This document shows, piece by piece, positions 10,072 through 19,627 of a stretch of DNA of 64,000 nt (positions within the stretch are counted from its first letter, which is position 1; each line of letters opens with the position of its first letter). The notes beneath the pieces are model-generated. The model saw only the letters and a list, made by a program, of their open reading frames with translations. It did not search any database and was not told the origin of the DNA. Source of the DNA: Planctomycetota bacterium. Its GTDB lineage: Bacteria > Planctomycetota > GCA-002687715 > DRQF01. The position numbers and the translations under genes are program-made. Where the stretch lies: the NCBI GenBank assembly GCA_036479435.1, contig JAZGFI010000103.1, positions 128,022 to 192,021 of the forward strand. Direction: 5' to 3'.

Positions 10072-11211
10072 TCAGCCGGTGACGATGCGGTGCCTTGAGA
10101 CTTCGCCTCGGCAGAAGCTCCGCAGGGGAAGGCCGCTGAAGCCAGTGCCTCGCGAGGTGTAGCCCACCATGCCGTCGAGTTGCCAATGGTCTCGAATCTG
10201 GGCGCGAGGGCTGCGGCAGTTTTTGAGCAGAGGAAATCCACCGGGCAAACAGACCTGGCCGCCGTGGGTGTGGCCGCAAAGGTAAAGATCAACTCCCTGA
10301 GCCGCGGCTTCGAAGGCTAGCTCGGGACTGTGCGCGAGAAGGATGCGGGGGATCTCGACGGGCGCCGCGGCCAAGGCCGTCTCCAAATCGTCGGTGCCGA
10401 ACCAGTGGGGGTCATCAACACCGGCTAACCAGAATTGGCCACTGTCGTGGGTGATCAGTTCGCCTTCGTTGAGCAGGACGCGGACGCCGAGCTCCTCAAG
10501 AGGCAGCACGATGTCGAGCGGATCGTGATTGCCGAGAACGGCGTAGCATCCAATTTTGGGTTGCAGCGCAGCCACGACGATCGCCAGATTCTCGACGGCG
10601 GCATCAATTGATCCCTTAACGTCGAAGCGAAAATCCCCGGTCATGGCCACGAGGTCGTAGCTCCCGGCCCAGGGGCGCAGCACACTCGCGAGTCGTTCTC
10701 CTTGACCCGGCCAAGCATCAATGTGCAAATCGGACAGGTGGAGAACGCTCAGATTGCAGAGACTCTCAGCCCGCGCGCCCACTGTTAGCACACGGTCTCG
10801 AAACTCAAGACTCAGCGCGCGGTCGCAAAGCCAAGGCAAAAGCCCCACAAGCCCCAACAGATGGCTTGCTCCGTGGAAAATCGGCTCGAGCTGCTGTAAG
10901 GGGAATCGAAACCTCGCCGCACCCGGGATTTCGCCGCGCTCACGTTGACGCCGGAGAACCGCCAGATCTGGCCCTAATCTCTGCTCGACGGAATTCGGGC
11001 GCAAATCAGTGATCTGTGCCCTCATAGGCCCCGGCGTGACGATCTGCGGCAAGTGTGCATCCTCCCACCCCCTATCGACTTCCGCTAATTTTCGCTTGAC
11101 CGTTCGGTCGAAGAAGGCAATGGCCGCAGCGCTGGGAAAATAACCAGCAAGAAATGGCCCCTTCGGGGGCCGTAACGGTCTATGCTGGGGGCGATCCCAA
11201 TTGGGTTCCAT
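10072..11211 (-). CDS. metallophosphoesterase (calcineurin-like, YkuE-type); start uncertain (alternative ATG at 11025)
   Basis: HLSDLHID, MTGDF, LGNHD, GHTHGGQ phosphoesterase motifs. The 465-aa track ORF overlaps the divergent gene at 11281, so a shorter start is more likely. Confidence 0.7.
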   Translation of the reverse strand: MEPNWDRPQHRPLRPPKGPFLAGYFPSAAAIAFFDRTVKRKLAEVDRGWEDAHLPQIVTPGPMRAQITDLRPNSVEQRLGPDLAVLRRQRERGEIPGAARFRFPLQQLEPIFHGASHLLGLVGLLPWLCDRALSLEFRDRVLTVGARAESLCNLSVLHLSDLHIDAWPGQGERLASVLRPWAGSYDLVAMTGDFRFDVKGSIDAAVENLAIVVAALQPKIGCYAVLGNHDPLDIVLPLEELGVRVLLNEGELITHDSGQFWLAGVDDPHWFGTDDLETALAAAPVEIPRILLAHSPELAFEAAAQGVDLYLCGHTHGGQVCLPGGFPLLKNCRSPRAQIRDHWQLDGMVGYTSRGTGFSGLPLRSFCRGEVSRHRIVTG

Positions 11212-11280
11212 CTGCCGATCCTTCGGCGGAAGGAGCTTGAGATCTACACGTGTGATTTTTTTACTAAAGGGAGACTGCGC

Positions 11281-12324
11281 ATGAAGATATTCAGCGCTTC
11301 GCTCCTGGTTGCTTTGACCTACTTGATGCTCAGTCCTTTTGCTCTCGGCGACGACGACGATGCCAAGGGTGAAACGATCAAGCTCAAGTTCAAAGCGGTC
11401 CAGAAGTGGAACATCGTCCTTCCGAATGAAGAGTTCACCAAAGCTGACGGGAAAATCGCGATTCCCCACGCCAATGGTGACGGCTTCGTTACGGAGTTGG
11501 ACGGCATGTCCCTCGCTATCGACAGCAATGGCGATGGCAAAGTGGACACGAAAGCTAAAGGAGTCGGAGGCTTTGCCACCCTAAAGGGCAAAAACGCCAA
11601 CGGCGCCAAATTTAGGTATGCCATCCGTCTCGTCAACAACGGTGGTTGGCAATACGCCACCAGCGGTACGATGAACGGAAAACTCGGCGGCCAGGCCATT
11701 CGCCTGATCGACCAGAACAACAACGGCATCTACAACGAGTACGGCAAAGACGCGATGGTCATCGGCAAGAGCAAGACCGCTAGCTTCTTGTCCAAGGTCG
11801 TCAGCGTCAAAGGCAAGCTCTTCAACATTGAAGTGTCGGCCGATGGTCGCCAAATCACGGCGACGTCCTTCACCGGCGAAACCGGCACGATGAACCTCGC
11901 CAAGAATTTCGAAAGCAAGGGCGCCAAGCTTGTTGCTGCCGTAGTGAAAAGCGATGACGGTGAGATCTCTTTCAACCTCGCAGGCGCCCAAAAGGGACTT
12001 CTCGTCCCCGCCGGTAGCTACGAGCTTGTGAGTGGACTCATTGCCAAGGGTCGCGAGTCGGCGAAAGTCAAAGGCGGCGACCGCAGCATGAAAGTGACGG
12101 CGGACGGCAACTTTGAACTTACTTGGGGCGGACCTCTTCGCGCCGAGTTTGAGTACGACATGAACGGTACTGAGGTCACCCTCAGTCCTGAGAAAGTCTG
12201 GTACTACGGCCAAGCTGGCGAAGAGTACTACGACTGGATTCCGAAATCCGTGTCGCCGAAGTTCACTATCCGCGATGCTATGTCGAAGCGCGAAATCTCT
12301 GATGCGCGCTTCGGAGGCTCATGA
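11281..12324 (+). CDS. secreted hypothetical protein
   Basis: Start placed at the ATG giving the signal peptide MKIFSASLLVALTYLMLSPFALGDDDD; Gly/Lys-rich mature part with no recognised domain. Confidence 0.6.
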   Translation: MKIFSASLLVALTYLMLSPFALGDDDDAKGETIKLKFKAVQKWNIVLPNEEFTKADGKIAIPHANGDGFVTELDGMSLAIDSNGDGKVDTKAKGVGGFATLKGKNANGAKFRYAIRLVNNGGWQYATSGTMNGKLGGQAIRLIDQNNNGIYNEYGKDAMVIGKSKTASFLSKVVSVKGKLFNIEVSADGRQITATSFTGETGTMNLAKNFESKGAKLVAAVVKSDDGEISFNLAGAQKGLLVPAGSYELVSGLIAKGRESAKVKGGDRSMKVTADGNFELTWGGPLRAEFEYDMNGTEVTLSPEKVWYYGQAGEEYYDWIPKSVSPKFTIRDAMSKREISDARFGGS

Positions 12325-12497
12325 TGAGGAGCTCTAACCCCGGTCACGGTTCGTGTACCGAAAAAAGAGATCACCGTCAGCATGAAGCAGGAACGCAAGA
12401 TCTTCGGTGGCATCACCGGAGCGCTCAAGGGCTCTAAGCCTCAGGGTGGTGTGACTCAGTCCACCAACTAAGCTTCCCGCTCCGCTAAAGAGCTCAA

Positions 12498-12532
12498 GTG
12501 GCCTGAAACCTGGTTTCAGGCCACTCTTTTTT
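12498..12532 (+). terminator. Rho-independent terminator
   Basis: GTGGCCTGAAACC/TGGTTTCAGGCCAC perfect hairpin followed by TCTTTTTT. Confidence 0.7.
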
Positions 12533-12638
12533 GCCCCGTCGGGAAGACTTTTCCAGATCGGGCGTAGCTTGTGAATAACCGTGACCACTTGGGGTCGGAT
12601 CGGTTCTCTTCGTATTCCGACACCATGAGGTACCTGCC

Positions 12639-15600
12639 TTGTTGTTTCATCGCCTTGGACTCACCGGCTTCGTCTTCACCGTCCTATCTCTTGTTGGAGG
12701 CGCAGCCCTTGTGGCCCAGGTCCCCGAGGGCGCAACCGCGATTCAAATGGTGTCGGATCCGGCCCTGAGTCCGGACGGCGAGCTTTTGGCCTTTTCGTGG
12801 CGCGGTGATGTCTGGCTGGTCGACTCCGCAGGAGGCAGAGCCCGCCCCTTGACCCGGCACCCTGCCCGCGACCGATTCCCGGTCTTTTCTCCCGACGGCC
12901 GCCGCGTGGCTTTTACCACGACGCGGGACGGCAAGCGGCTGCTGATGAGTCTCACCATCGAAGGTGGCGAGCCGAAAATCCACGGTAGCCATTCCGAAGG
13001 CTACCGACCGATGGCTTGGCGAAGCGACGGAATCTTGACGCAATCGCGAAGGGACCATTTTTGGCGGCACGCAGACCGCGCCATCTTGCGCCCTCTCGAT
13101 CCCAAGCGGGCTGAGTCGAGCATTGTTGATGCCAACGTCGAGCGACCGGACTTGTCCGCGGACGGGCGTTTTTTGCTTTATCAGCGCGAAGGCACCAAGA
13201 CCTGGCGAAGAGGCTATCGCGGGCCGCAAGAAGCACAAATCTGGCTCTATGATCGTGAAAAGGGCGGCCACCGCTTACTGCACTCCAAAGAAGGCGGAAG
13301 TCGCTACGCGCGATGGATCACCGGCAGTGTGCGCTACGTCTACGCTTCGCGAGCATCGGGCACTTTCAACTTGGTTTCCATCGACCTTGAATCAGGCGAA
13401 AAGAAAACACTGACAGCTTTCGAAGACGACGGGACGATGTTCATTGCCGTCGCCGCCGACGGTTCCAAGATCGTTTTCCGCCGTGGCTTCGACCTCTACT
13501 CCTTGAATCCCAACCGGGCTAGCGCCGAAAAGCTCGTCGTCTACACCAACGACGATACCGCCCTCTTGGACGAAATGAGAAAAGTCCTCGACCGAGCCAG
13601 TGCTGTCAGTTTTTCCAAAGACGCGCGCGAGATGGCCTTCGTCTCTGGTGGTGATCTTTGGGTCATGGATACCGTTCTCAAAGAACCGGTGCGCGTCTCA
13701 ACTGAAGTTGAAGAGGAACGATCTCCCCTCTTTGTCGGCAATGACCGGCTGCTCGTCATCAGCGACCGCGACGGGCAAACCGACATTTGGCAGCTTGAAC
13801 GAAAAAACAAGACGGCACCATTTTGGCGCAACACGGAATTTTCATGGAAGCGTCTCACTGAAGACGCCGCCATCGAACGTAACCTGCGGGTCGTTCCTGG
13901 GGCTGACCGAGTCTCCTTTTTGGTGGACCGCGGCGATCTGCGTTGGATGAAGAACGACGGCAGCGAGGTCAAGACTCTGTTGCCGGCTTGGAATCAACCT
14001 CAGTACGCCTTTTCGCCCGACGGAAAATGGCTGGCGTACTCCCTGCAAGATGACAACTTCAATGCCGACATCTGGATCGTTCCGGTCGACGGTTCGCGCG
14101 AAGCCTTCAACCTGTCTTGTCATCCCGACAACGATCGCAACCCGACATGGTCGCAAGACGGCAGCATCTTGGCCTTCAGTGGCAGGCGTTGGGGCCGCGA
14201 AACAGATATTGGATACGTCTATCTGCAAAAAGAAGAGAGCGAAGAAACAACTCGAGAACGCAAGCTCGAAGAGGCGATCAAAAAGATGAAAGAGCGCGAC
14301 AAGAAGAAGCAATCCAAATCGAAATCCAAAGGAAAAGGCAAGAAAGAAAAGGCCGAGGATGACGACGGCAAGCCTGATGAGACCGACGACGAAAAACCAC
14401 AGGACGAAGACGACAACAGCGACAAGGAAAAGAAAAAGGACAAACCGACGCTGATTGACTTCGATGGCCTGCGGGACCGCATTCGCCGCATTTCGATCGC
14501 CAACAGTTCAGAACGAGGGCTCGTTTTCGCGCCCAAAAAGAACCGCCTTTTCTTCAACACCCGCATTAAGGGCAAGTCTGGAGTGTATTCGGTTGAGTTT
14601 CCCGACAAGCTCCAGCCCAAGTTCTTTGCCGAATCCATGCCGCGCGCTGCGCGCGTTCACGCCGGACCGAAACTCTTCGCTGGCTTGCTAGCTGGCGTCC
14701 CCGGTACGCTCGACCTAAAGGGCAAAAAGAAGACCTTCGCCTTTAAGGTCAAACAGAACTATCCCGTTGGTCCCTGGTCGAAAGCGGTTTTTGAACAGGC
14801 CTGGGCCGCGATGAAGGTCGGTTTTTACGATGGCCGTTTTGGCAACAAGGATTGGGACGCCATTCGAGTGAAGTACGGCGCGATGGCCGAGCGATGCCTC
14901 GACGTCGCCACGCTTTCCGAAGTCTGCAACATGATGTTGGGCGAACTCAACGGATCACACCTCGGTTTTTCGATGCGAACGCTGCAACCGGCCTTCGAAG
15001 CCAAGGCGGCTTGGACGGATCGCACCGGGCACTTAGGCCTTTGGTTTGACAAAACGCGTCGCGGTGAAGGCTGGAAAGTCAGCCGGGTTCTTCGCGATGC
15101 TCCCGCTTGGCGTGAAAAATCTCGAATTCGGGTAGGCGACATATTGAAGTCAATCGATGGCGTGGCCCTAAGAGCAGGCTTGGATGTGTCAGTCGTGTTG
15201 ACCGGACCGGCCGACCACGATTACATGATCGAGGTCGAGGATGCAGAAGGCGAGACGCGGACCGTCAGCATCCGGGCGAGTTCCTACGGCGCAATCCGGA
15301 GCCTGATGTACGAGGCCTGGTTGGAGCAAAGCCGCGAGAAGGTGAAAGAACTTTCGAACGACAAGCTCGGCTACCTCCACATTCGCGCCATGTCGACGCC
15401 GAACTTGCTGCGCTTTGACGCCGAGCTCTACCGCATCGGCGATGGCAAAGAGGGCTTAATCATCGATGTTCGCGAAAACGGCGGCGGCAGTATCACGGAT
15501 CACTTATTGACTTGTTTGTGCCAGCCGACCCACGCGATCACCCGCCCCCGCGGTGGAGGCCTGGGCTATCCTCAAGACCGCCGCATCTATGCATCTTGGG

Positions 15601-15971
15601 ACCAGCCCATCATTGTTTTGTGCAATCAAAACTCGTTCTCGAACGCGGAGATCTTCGCCCACGCCATAAAGACTCTAAAGCGCGGACGTCTGGTTGGCGT
15701 CACCACCGCGGGCGGGGTCATCTCCACCGGACGCCGCCGGCTCATGGGCGGAGCCTCCGTGCGCATGCCCTTCCGTGGCTGGTACCTGCTGGATGGCGAA
15801 GACATGGAATTAAATGGTGCCGTCCCCCACGTCGAAATGTGGCCCGAGCCCGGCGCTTGGCCCGCCGCCATCGACCGCCAACTTGAAAAAGCCATCGAAC
15901 TCCTCCAAAAAGACGTCGTCACCTACCAGCAACGCCCCACTCCCAAGCTCAGAAAGTCCAGCGAGCGCTAA
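12639..15971 (+). CDS. tricorn-like protease (TolB/WD40-like beta-propellers + PDZ + S41 peptidase) with signal peptide
   Basis: 1110 aa. The N-terminus has repeated PD40-like blades (SPDGxxxAF...). The C-terminus has a PDZ (VGDILKSIDGVAL) and an S41 core (GLIIDVRENGGGS, NQNSFSNAEIFAHAIKTL). Also contains a KE/D-rich low-complexity insert (aa ~520-600). Confidence 0.8.
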   Translation: MLFHRLGLTGFVFTVLSLVGGAALVAQVPEGATAIQMVSDPALSPDGELLAFSWRGDVWLVDSAGGRARPLTRHPARDRFPVFSPDGRRVAFTTTRDGKRLLMSLTIEGGEPKIHGSHSEGYRPMAWRSDGILTQSRRDHFWRHADRAILRPLDPKRAESSIVDANVERPDLSADGRFLLYQREGTKTWRRGYRGPQEAQIWLYDREKGGHRLLHSKEGGSRYARWITGSVRYVYASRASGTFNLVSIDLESGEKKTLTAFEDDGTMFIAVAADGSKIVFRRGFDLYSLNPNRASAEKLVVYTNDDTALLDEMRKVLDRASAVSFSKDAREMAFVSGGDLWVMDTVLKEPVRVSTEVEEERSPLFVGNDRLLVISDRDGQTDIWQLERKNKTAPFWRNTEFSWKRLTEDAAIERNLRVVPGADRVSFLVDRGDLRWMKNDGSEVKTLLPAWNQPQYAFSPDGKWLAYSLQDDNFNADIWIVPVDGSREAFNLSCHPDNDRNPTWSQDGSILAFSGRRWGRETDIGYVYLQKEESEETTRERKLEEAIKKMKERDKKKQSKSKSKGKGKKEKAEDDDGKPDETDDEKPQDEDDNSDKEKKKDKPTLIDFDGLRDRIRRISIANSSERGLVFAPKKNRLFFNTRIKGKSGVYSVEFPDKLQPKFFAESMPRAARVHAGPKLFAGLLAGVPGTLDLKGKKKTFAFKVKQNYPVGPWSKAVFEQAWAAMKVGFYDGRFGNKDWDAIRVKYGAMAERCLDVATLSEVCNMMLGELNGSHLGFSMRTLQPAFEAKAAWTDRTGHLGLWFDKTRRGEGWKVSRVLRDAPAWREKSRIRVGDILKSIDGVALRAGLDVSVVLTGPADHDYMIEVEDAEGETRTVSIRASSYGAIRSLMYEAWLEQSREKVKELSNDKLGYLHIRAMSTPNLLRFDAELYRIGDGKEGLIIDVRENGGGSITDHLLTCLCQPTHAITRPRGGGLGYPQDRRIYASWDQPIIVLCNQNSFSNAEIFAHAIKTLKRGRLVGVTTAGGVISTGRRRLMGGASVRMPFRGWYLLDGEDMELNGAVPHVEMWPEPGAWPAAIDRQLEKAIELLQKDVVTYQQRPTPKLRKSSER

Positions 15972-16056
15972 AACTCCTTCAGCCAACACCCCAAACCCTG
16001 ATCACTTGGGTCAGACCAAAGTCACCACCCTTTCCTCCTCCAAGATGACAACTCGC

Positions 16057-17103
16057 TCAAAAACGGTACTCCAATCCTGCGGTCACCAGCCAGTCCAGGT
16101 TCTTGGCACCGGCCGCGGGTCGTCCTTGGTAGGTCAAGACGATGGAGTTGCGAAAGCTCCAGTTGTCGTAGATCGGCACGCTCAATACTGTTTCGGAACG
16201 AGCCAGCCAACTCGCGGGATCAGAGAGGGGGACGATGACTTCTGCCAGTTGGTGAAAGTCTAGGTTCGACCAAAAAAGGTCGTCGTAGATGAGCGCCGCG
16301 CGGCCGGTGATGTCCTTGCGAGATGCGGTGTCAGAGCGAAAACTCTCGTGACGGAATCCGAGGCCGGCTTCTGTTTTCAAAAACTCGTCGTCGCTGTCTT
16401 TCCAGACCGTGTAGCCCGCACCGAGGTTGACGAAAACCCGCGCTTCGATCTCCTGCACCAAGTCCCGCCCGATCTCGACGCCGGCGAAACTATAGAAACG
16501 ACCGCTGTAGTAGTGCTCCCATTTACCGCGCAGAAGTTGGGCGTCGGCGTTGACTTCGCCATTGCTTTCGCCGTAGACCGCGCGGAATCCGGCTTCGATG
16601 CGATCGTGACTGAAGATCCGCTCGATAGAGGCTTCGAGGTTTCCGGTGAAGGTGTCGCTGTTGCCGCCGGTGGCCGTGAGGCCCAAAGCAACCTTGCCGG
16701 ACCAAGGTTTCGGCGTGAGCGGTGTCTTCTGCGCGGGAGCCGCAAGCTCAGGGGCGAGCGGAAGGCTAGAAGTCTTCAAGCGCACTTGGCCGAGGTCCGC
16801 GCTTTGCACCACTAAAGTCGCGCCCTCGCGACCGATGATAACGCCGCGAAGGACCTCGTCTTCGCCGTAATTCAGCCGGAGCGGATCCAGGCTGCGGATA
16901 TCTTGAATCTCGTCCCAGCGCAGATCAACCGTACCGAGCTCGGGAGTCGACAGGCGCACAAGATCGGAATAAACCCCGAGGCTGCGACCCGCTTTTTGCC
17001 CGGCATTTTTGGTCTCGACTTGTATTTGTTGTGCGTTACTCGGCGCCACGAGCCACAGAGCCCAAAATCCGACCAACGCAATCACCAACTTCAATCTTGT
17101 CAT
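16057..17103 (-). CDS. DUF481-family outer-membrane beta-barrel protein
   Basis: Signal peptide (ALWLVAPSNAQQ), alternating beta-strand pattern, C-terminal ...GLEYRF aromatic terminus. Confidence 0.65.
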   Translation of the reverse strand: MTRLKLVIALVGFWALWLVAPSNAQQIQVETKNAGQKAGRSLGVYSDLVRLSTPELGTVDLRWDEIQDIRSLDPLRLNYGEDEVLRGVIIGREGATLVVQSADLGQVRLKTSSLPLAPELAAPAQKTPLTPKPWSGKVALGLTATGGNSDTFTGNLEASIERIFSHDRIEAGFRAVYGESNGEVNADAQLLRGKWEHYYSGRFYSFAGVEIGRDLVQEIEARVFVNLGAGYTVWKDSDDEFLKTEAGLGFRHESFRSDTASRKDITGRAALIYDDLFWSNLDFHQLAEVIVPLSDPASWLARSETVLSVPIYDNWSFRNSIVLTYQGRPAAGAKNLDWLVTAGLEYRF

Positions 17104-17112
17104 GCTCCACCT

Positions 17113-17916
17113 TTAGTTCGCAACATCGCCGCGCTTTTCGCGAGCGATGCGATCGTAGATTTCCGGTCGTCGGTCTTCCAGGAAGGAAAATCGCTGGCGG
17201 CAGGCGGCTACTGCCTTGCGGTCCGCTTCGCCACTCACGATGCCTTCGCTGCCGACCAAGGTCGACGCAACGTTTCCGAAAGGGTCGACGAGGGAGCTAT
17301 CTCCCAAGTGAGCGATACCCCCGGCTTCTCCAATGCGATTGACGCCCAAAACGTAGGCTTGGTTCTCAATGGCGCGGGACCTTAGCAGGGTCATCCAGGC
17401 TTCGCTACGCCGCTCAGGCCAATTTGCAATCACCACGAAGAGGTCGGTGTCATCAGCTGCGAATCGGAAAATCTCGGGGAACCTTAAGTCGTAGCAGACA
17501 AAAGGCGTCACTCGGAGTCCCTTTATTTCGATCGTCGAAACCGAGCGGCCAGCGTCGTAGTGCTCGGGCTCCCCGGCCAGCGAAAAGGGGTGGATTTTCT
17601 CATACCGCAGCTGCTCGGCACCGCTGGGATCGATGACGAGTGCGATGTTTTTGGGCCGTGGCTTCTGAGCGGCCGCAAGGCCTGCGATCAGCCACACGCC
17701 GGCCGCTTTCGCCGTGGACGACAAAAACTCGCGAATCTCGTCCTCAAAGGGAAGGATCTTGGCGGTGTCCATCGAAAAGGCGGTGGCGAACATCTCAGGC
17801 AAGACCACCAAGTCTGCCCCGGCGTCGGCGGCGCGCTCGATGAGTCCTCGAGCTACCTTAAGATTCGTGCCCGGGTTCTCCCAAGCGATGTCAAACTGAA
17901 TTCCGGCAACTTTCAT
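17113..17916 (-). CDS. carbon-nitrogen hydrolase family protein (nitrilase/amidase superfamily)
   Basis: E-K-C triad contexts (VLPEMF, RYEKIHPF, VCYDLRFPE); start placed at the ATG (MKVAGIQFD). Confidence 0.8.
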   Translation of the reverse strand: MKVAGIQFDIAWENPGTNLKVARGLIERAADAGADLVVLPEMFATAFSMDTAKILPFEDEIREFLSSTAKAAGVWLIAGLAAAQKPRPKNIALVIDPSGAEQLRYEKIHPFSLAGEPEHYDAGRSVSTIEIKGLRVTPFVCYDLRFPEIFRFAADDTDLFVVIANWPERRSEAWMTLLRSRAIENQAYVLGVNRIGEAGGIAHLGDSSLVDPFGNVASTLVGSEGIVSGEADRKAVAACRQRFSFLEDRRPEIYDRIAREKRGDVAN

Positions 17917-17975
17917 GGGCTCGAACTGTCCTTGATTCACGCGCAATTTTGACCGAATGCCGATACGATGTAGCC

Positions 17976-18809
17976 ATGCACCCAGTCCTCGACGCCTACC
18001 TTAGATTCCTTCGCCGCGCTGGGCTTGAGTTTTCAATCGCCCCAGACCTCGTGCACGAAGACGATTTTACCGGGGACCTGCGACCATCGACAGCCAAGCG
18101 CCACCACGTCTTGAGCGATGGATTTCAACTCGTCGAAGCTCTCGACGCCTCGCAGTCCATAGGCGCGGATCACGCGAGTCTGTCGGTCAGCACCATCCTT
18201 GAACGACACGCGGTAGAGCTCAACGGTCGCCGCGTCGTCGATGTCGGCTGTGGTAGCGGTTTTTTGGCGCTCGTGGCCGCTCACCACGGGGCGCGCGCCA
18301 GTGGCACCGAGATAGACCCTAGGGCTCTTGAACTCGCCGCTACGAACGCCGCCGCCAACGATCTGCAGGTGGATTGGCTCCTCAGTTCACTGGTGGATTC
18401 GATTCCCACCCGTCCGCCGATTGACTGCTTTGTCGCCAACTTGCCCCACAAGCCCAGCGATATGGATTCAAGTGGCGAGTTACCTCTCGCGCAAGCCGGC
18501 GGCGAGGGTGGATGCGCCCTCTTTGAGAAGGCTTTCCCGGCGATGGCGGCAAGGCAAACGCCGGGGGGGCGGGTTGTCTTTTTCCTCCATTCGCTGCCAG
18601 ATCCTAGACTCCTTTGTGGCGCGGCCAAGCTCTATGACCTCGTTCTTGAGAGTTGGAAGCTAAGATGGCTCGGGGTCTCAGAGTTTGAGACGAGTCGTGC
18701 CTTTTTTCGCGAGCGCGCGAAATCAGGGCGCTCACACCTCCACCGAGATTCGGCGCGCAACCTTGAAGCCTTGGTTTGCGGCGTGTGGGTCGGAACCAAG
18801 AAGAATTGA
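17976..18809 (+). CDS. class I SAM-dependent methyltransferase (MTS/PrmA-like)
   Basis: VVDVGCGSGFLAL motif I, TEIDPRALELAATNAAAN, FVANLPH (NPPY-like). The track ORF uses TTG at 17949; the ATG at 17976 is preferred. Confidence 0.7.
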   Translation: MHPVLDAYLRFLRRAGLEFSIAPDLVHEDDFTGDLRPSTAKRHHVLSDGFQLVEALDASQSIGADHASLSVSTILERHAVELNGRRVVDVGCGSGFLALVAAHHGARASGTEIDPRALELAATNAAANDLQVDWLLSSLVDSIPTRPPIDCFVANLPHKPSDMDSSGELPLAQAGGEGGCALFEKAFPAMAARQTPGGRVVFFLHSLPDPRLLCGAAKLYDLVLESWKLRWLGVSEFETSRAFFRERAKSGRSHLHRDSARNLEALVCGVWVGTKKN

Positions 18810-19627
18810 TGACATCCCAAAAGGCCTGTCAACTTGTGGTCTCAGGCGATGACGGCGGCGCCGCCCCGGAAAGTGATGCCGCGCTTCTTCGCGCCTTTGA
18901 CGAGGGTCCTTTGCGCAGCGTTTCCGTTTTGGCCAACGGGCTGACGACCGAACCCTTCGCGGCCAAAGCGCTGGCACGCAATTTGTCGGTAGGCCTCCAC
19001 ATCAACTTTTCTGAGGGCAAAGCCCTTGGCGGCCCGATCCTGGGGCTGACGAATGACCGCGCCGAGTTTCCCGGCCAAAAACAAGAGACCTGGCGGCGAC
19101 TCGCCGAGGGGAAGATCTCTGAGGCGGCATTGGCGCGCGAGATCACGGCCCAATGGGAGGCTTTGGTCGCACTGGGACTCCGCCCCGACCACGTCGACGG
19201 CCACAATCACGTGCAGATGTTTCCAAAAGTCTTGAGCGCTATGACGCTTGCCCTGGGCCAAGAATCGATTTTTGTTCGAGTCCCCGATGAACCCGAATGC
19301 CCCCGGGACTTGGTGCCGGAGTTTCAGAGCCTATCCTTATCGTCGGCAGAGTTTCGTCGGCGTCTTGAAGGGACGGCGTGGCGTGCGAGCGACCATTTCG
19401 TCGGGTTTTGCTTCAGCCTAAACCCTCGCCAAGAAGCGCTCGCGCATCTTTTTCCCGCACGACCGGGTCTTACTGAATTCATGGTTCACCCGGGGGCACG
19501 CTGCGGATCGCAGTTCACCGAAAGCAGCCTTCGCGACCGAGAACTCAGAACTCTCCTTGACGAAACCATGACTCAAAGCTTTCAATCTGCGGGCTACCAA
19601 CTCGTCTCCTTTCGCGAAGCTCAATGA
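18809..19627 (+). CDS. YdjC/ChbG/HpnK-family carbohydrate deacetylase
   Basis: LVVSGDDGG (cf. the canonical LIVNADDFG), DHVDGHNHVQ metal site; the ATG overlaps the upstream stop (TGATG). Confidence 0.7.
   Translation: MTSQKACQLVVSGDDGGAAPESDAALLRAFDEGPLRSVSVLANGLTTEPFAAKALARNLSVGLHINFSEGKALGGPILGLTNDRAEFPGQKQETWRRLAEGKISEAALAREITAQWEALVALGLRPDHVDGHNHVQMFPKVLSAMTLALGQESIFVRVPDEPECPRDLVPEFQSLSLSSAEFRRRLEGTAWRASDHFVGFCFSLNPRQEALAHLFPARPGLTEFMVHPGARCGSQFTESSLRDRELRTLLDETMTQSFQSAGYQLVSFREAQ

Noticed and set aside
11581-12213. 210-aa minus-strand ORF antisense to the secreted-protein gene
   Set aside because: Fully overlaps a gene that has a clean signal peptide and RBS context; no motifs.
14219-14638. 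139-aa minus-strand Ser/Leu-rich ORF inside the tricorn gene
   Set aside because: It is the antisense of the Lys/Glu-rich insert (poly-AAG/GAA gives poly-Ser/Leu/Phe on the other strand); a low-complexity artefact.
16022-16263. Short ORFs in the 85-nt convergent gap between the tricorn gene and the DUF481 gene
   Set aside because: They overlap the ends of the two real genes; the gap more likely holds convergent terminators (weak CTGA/TCAG hairpin only).
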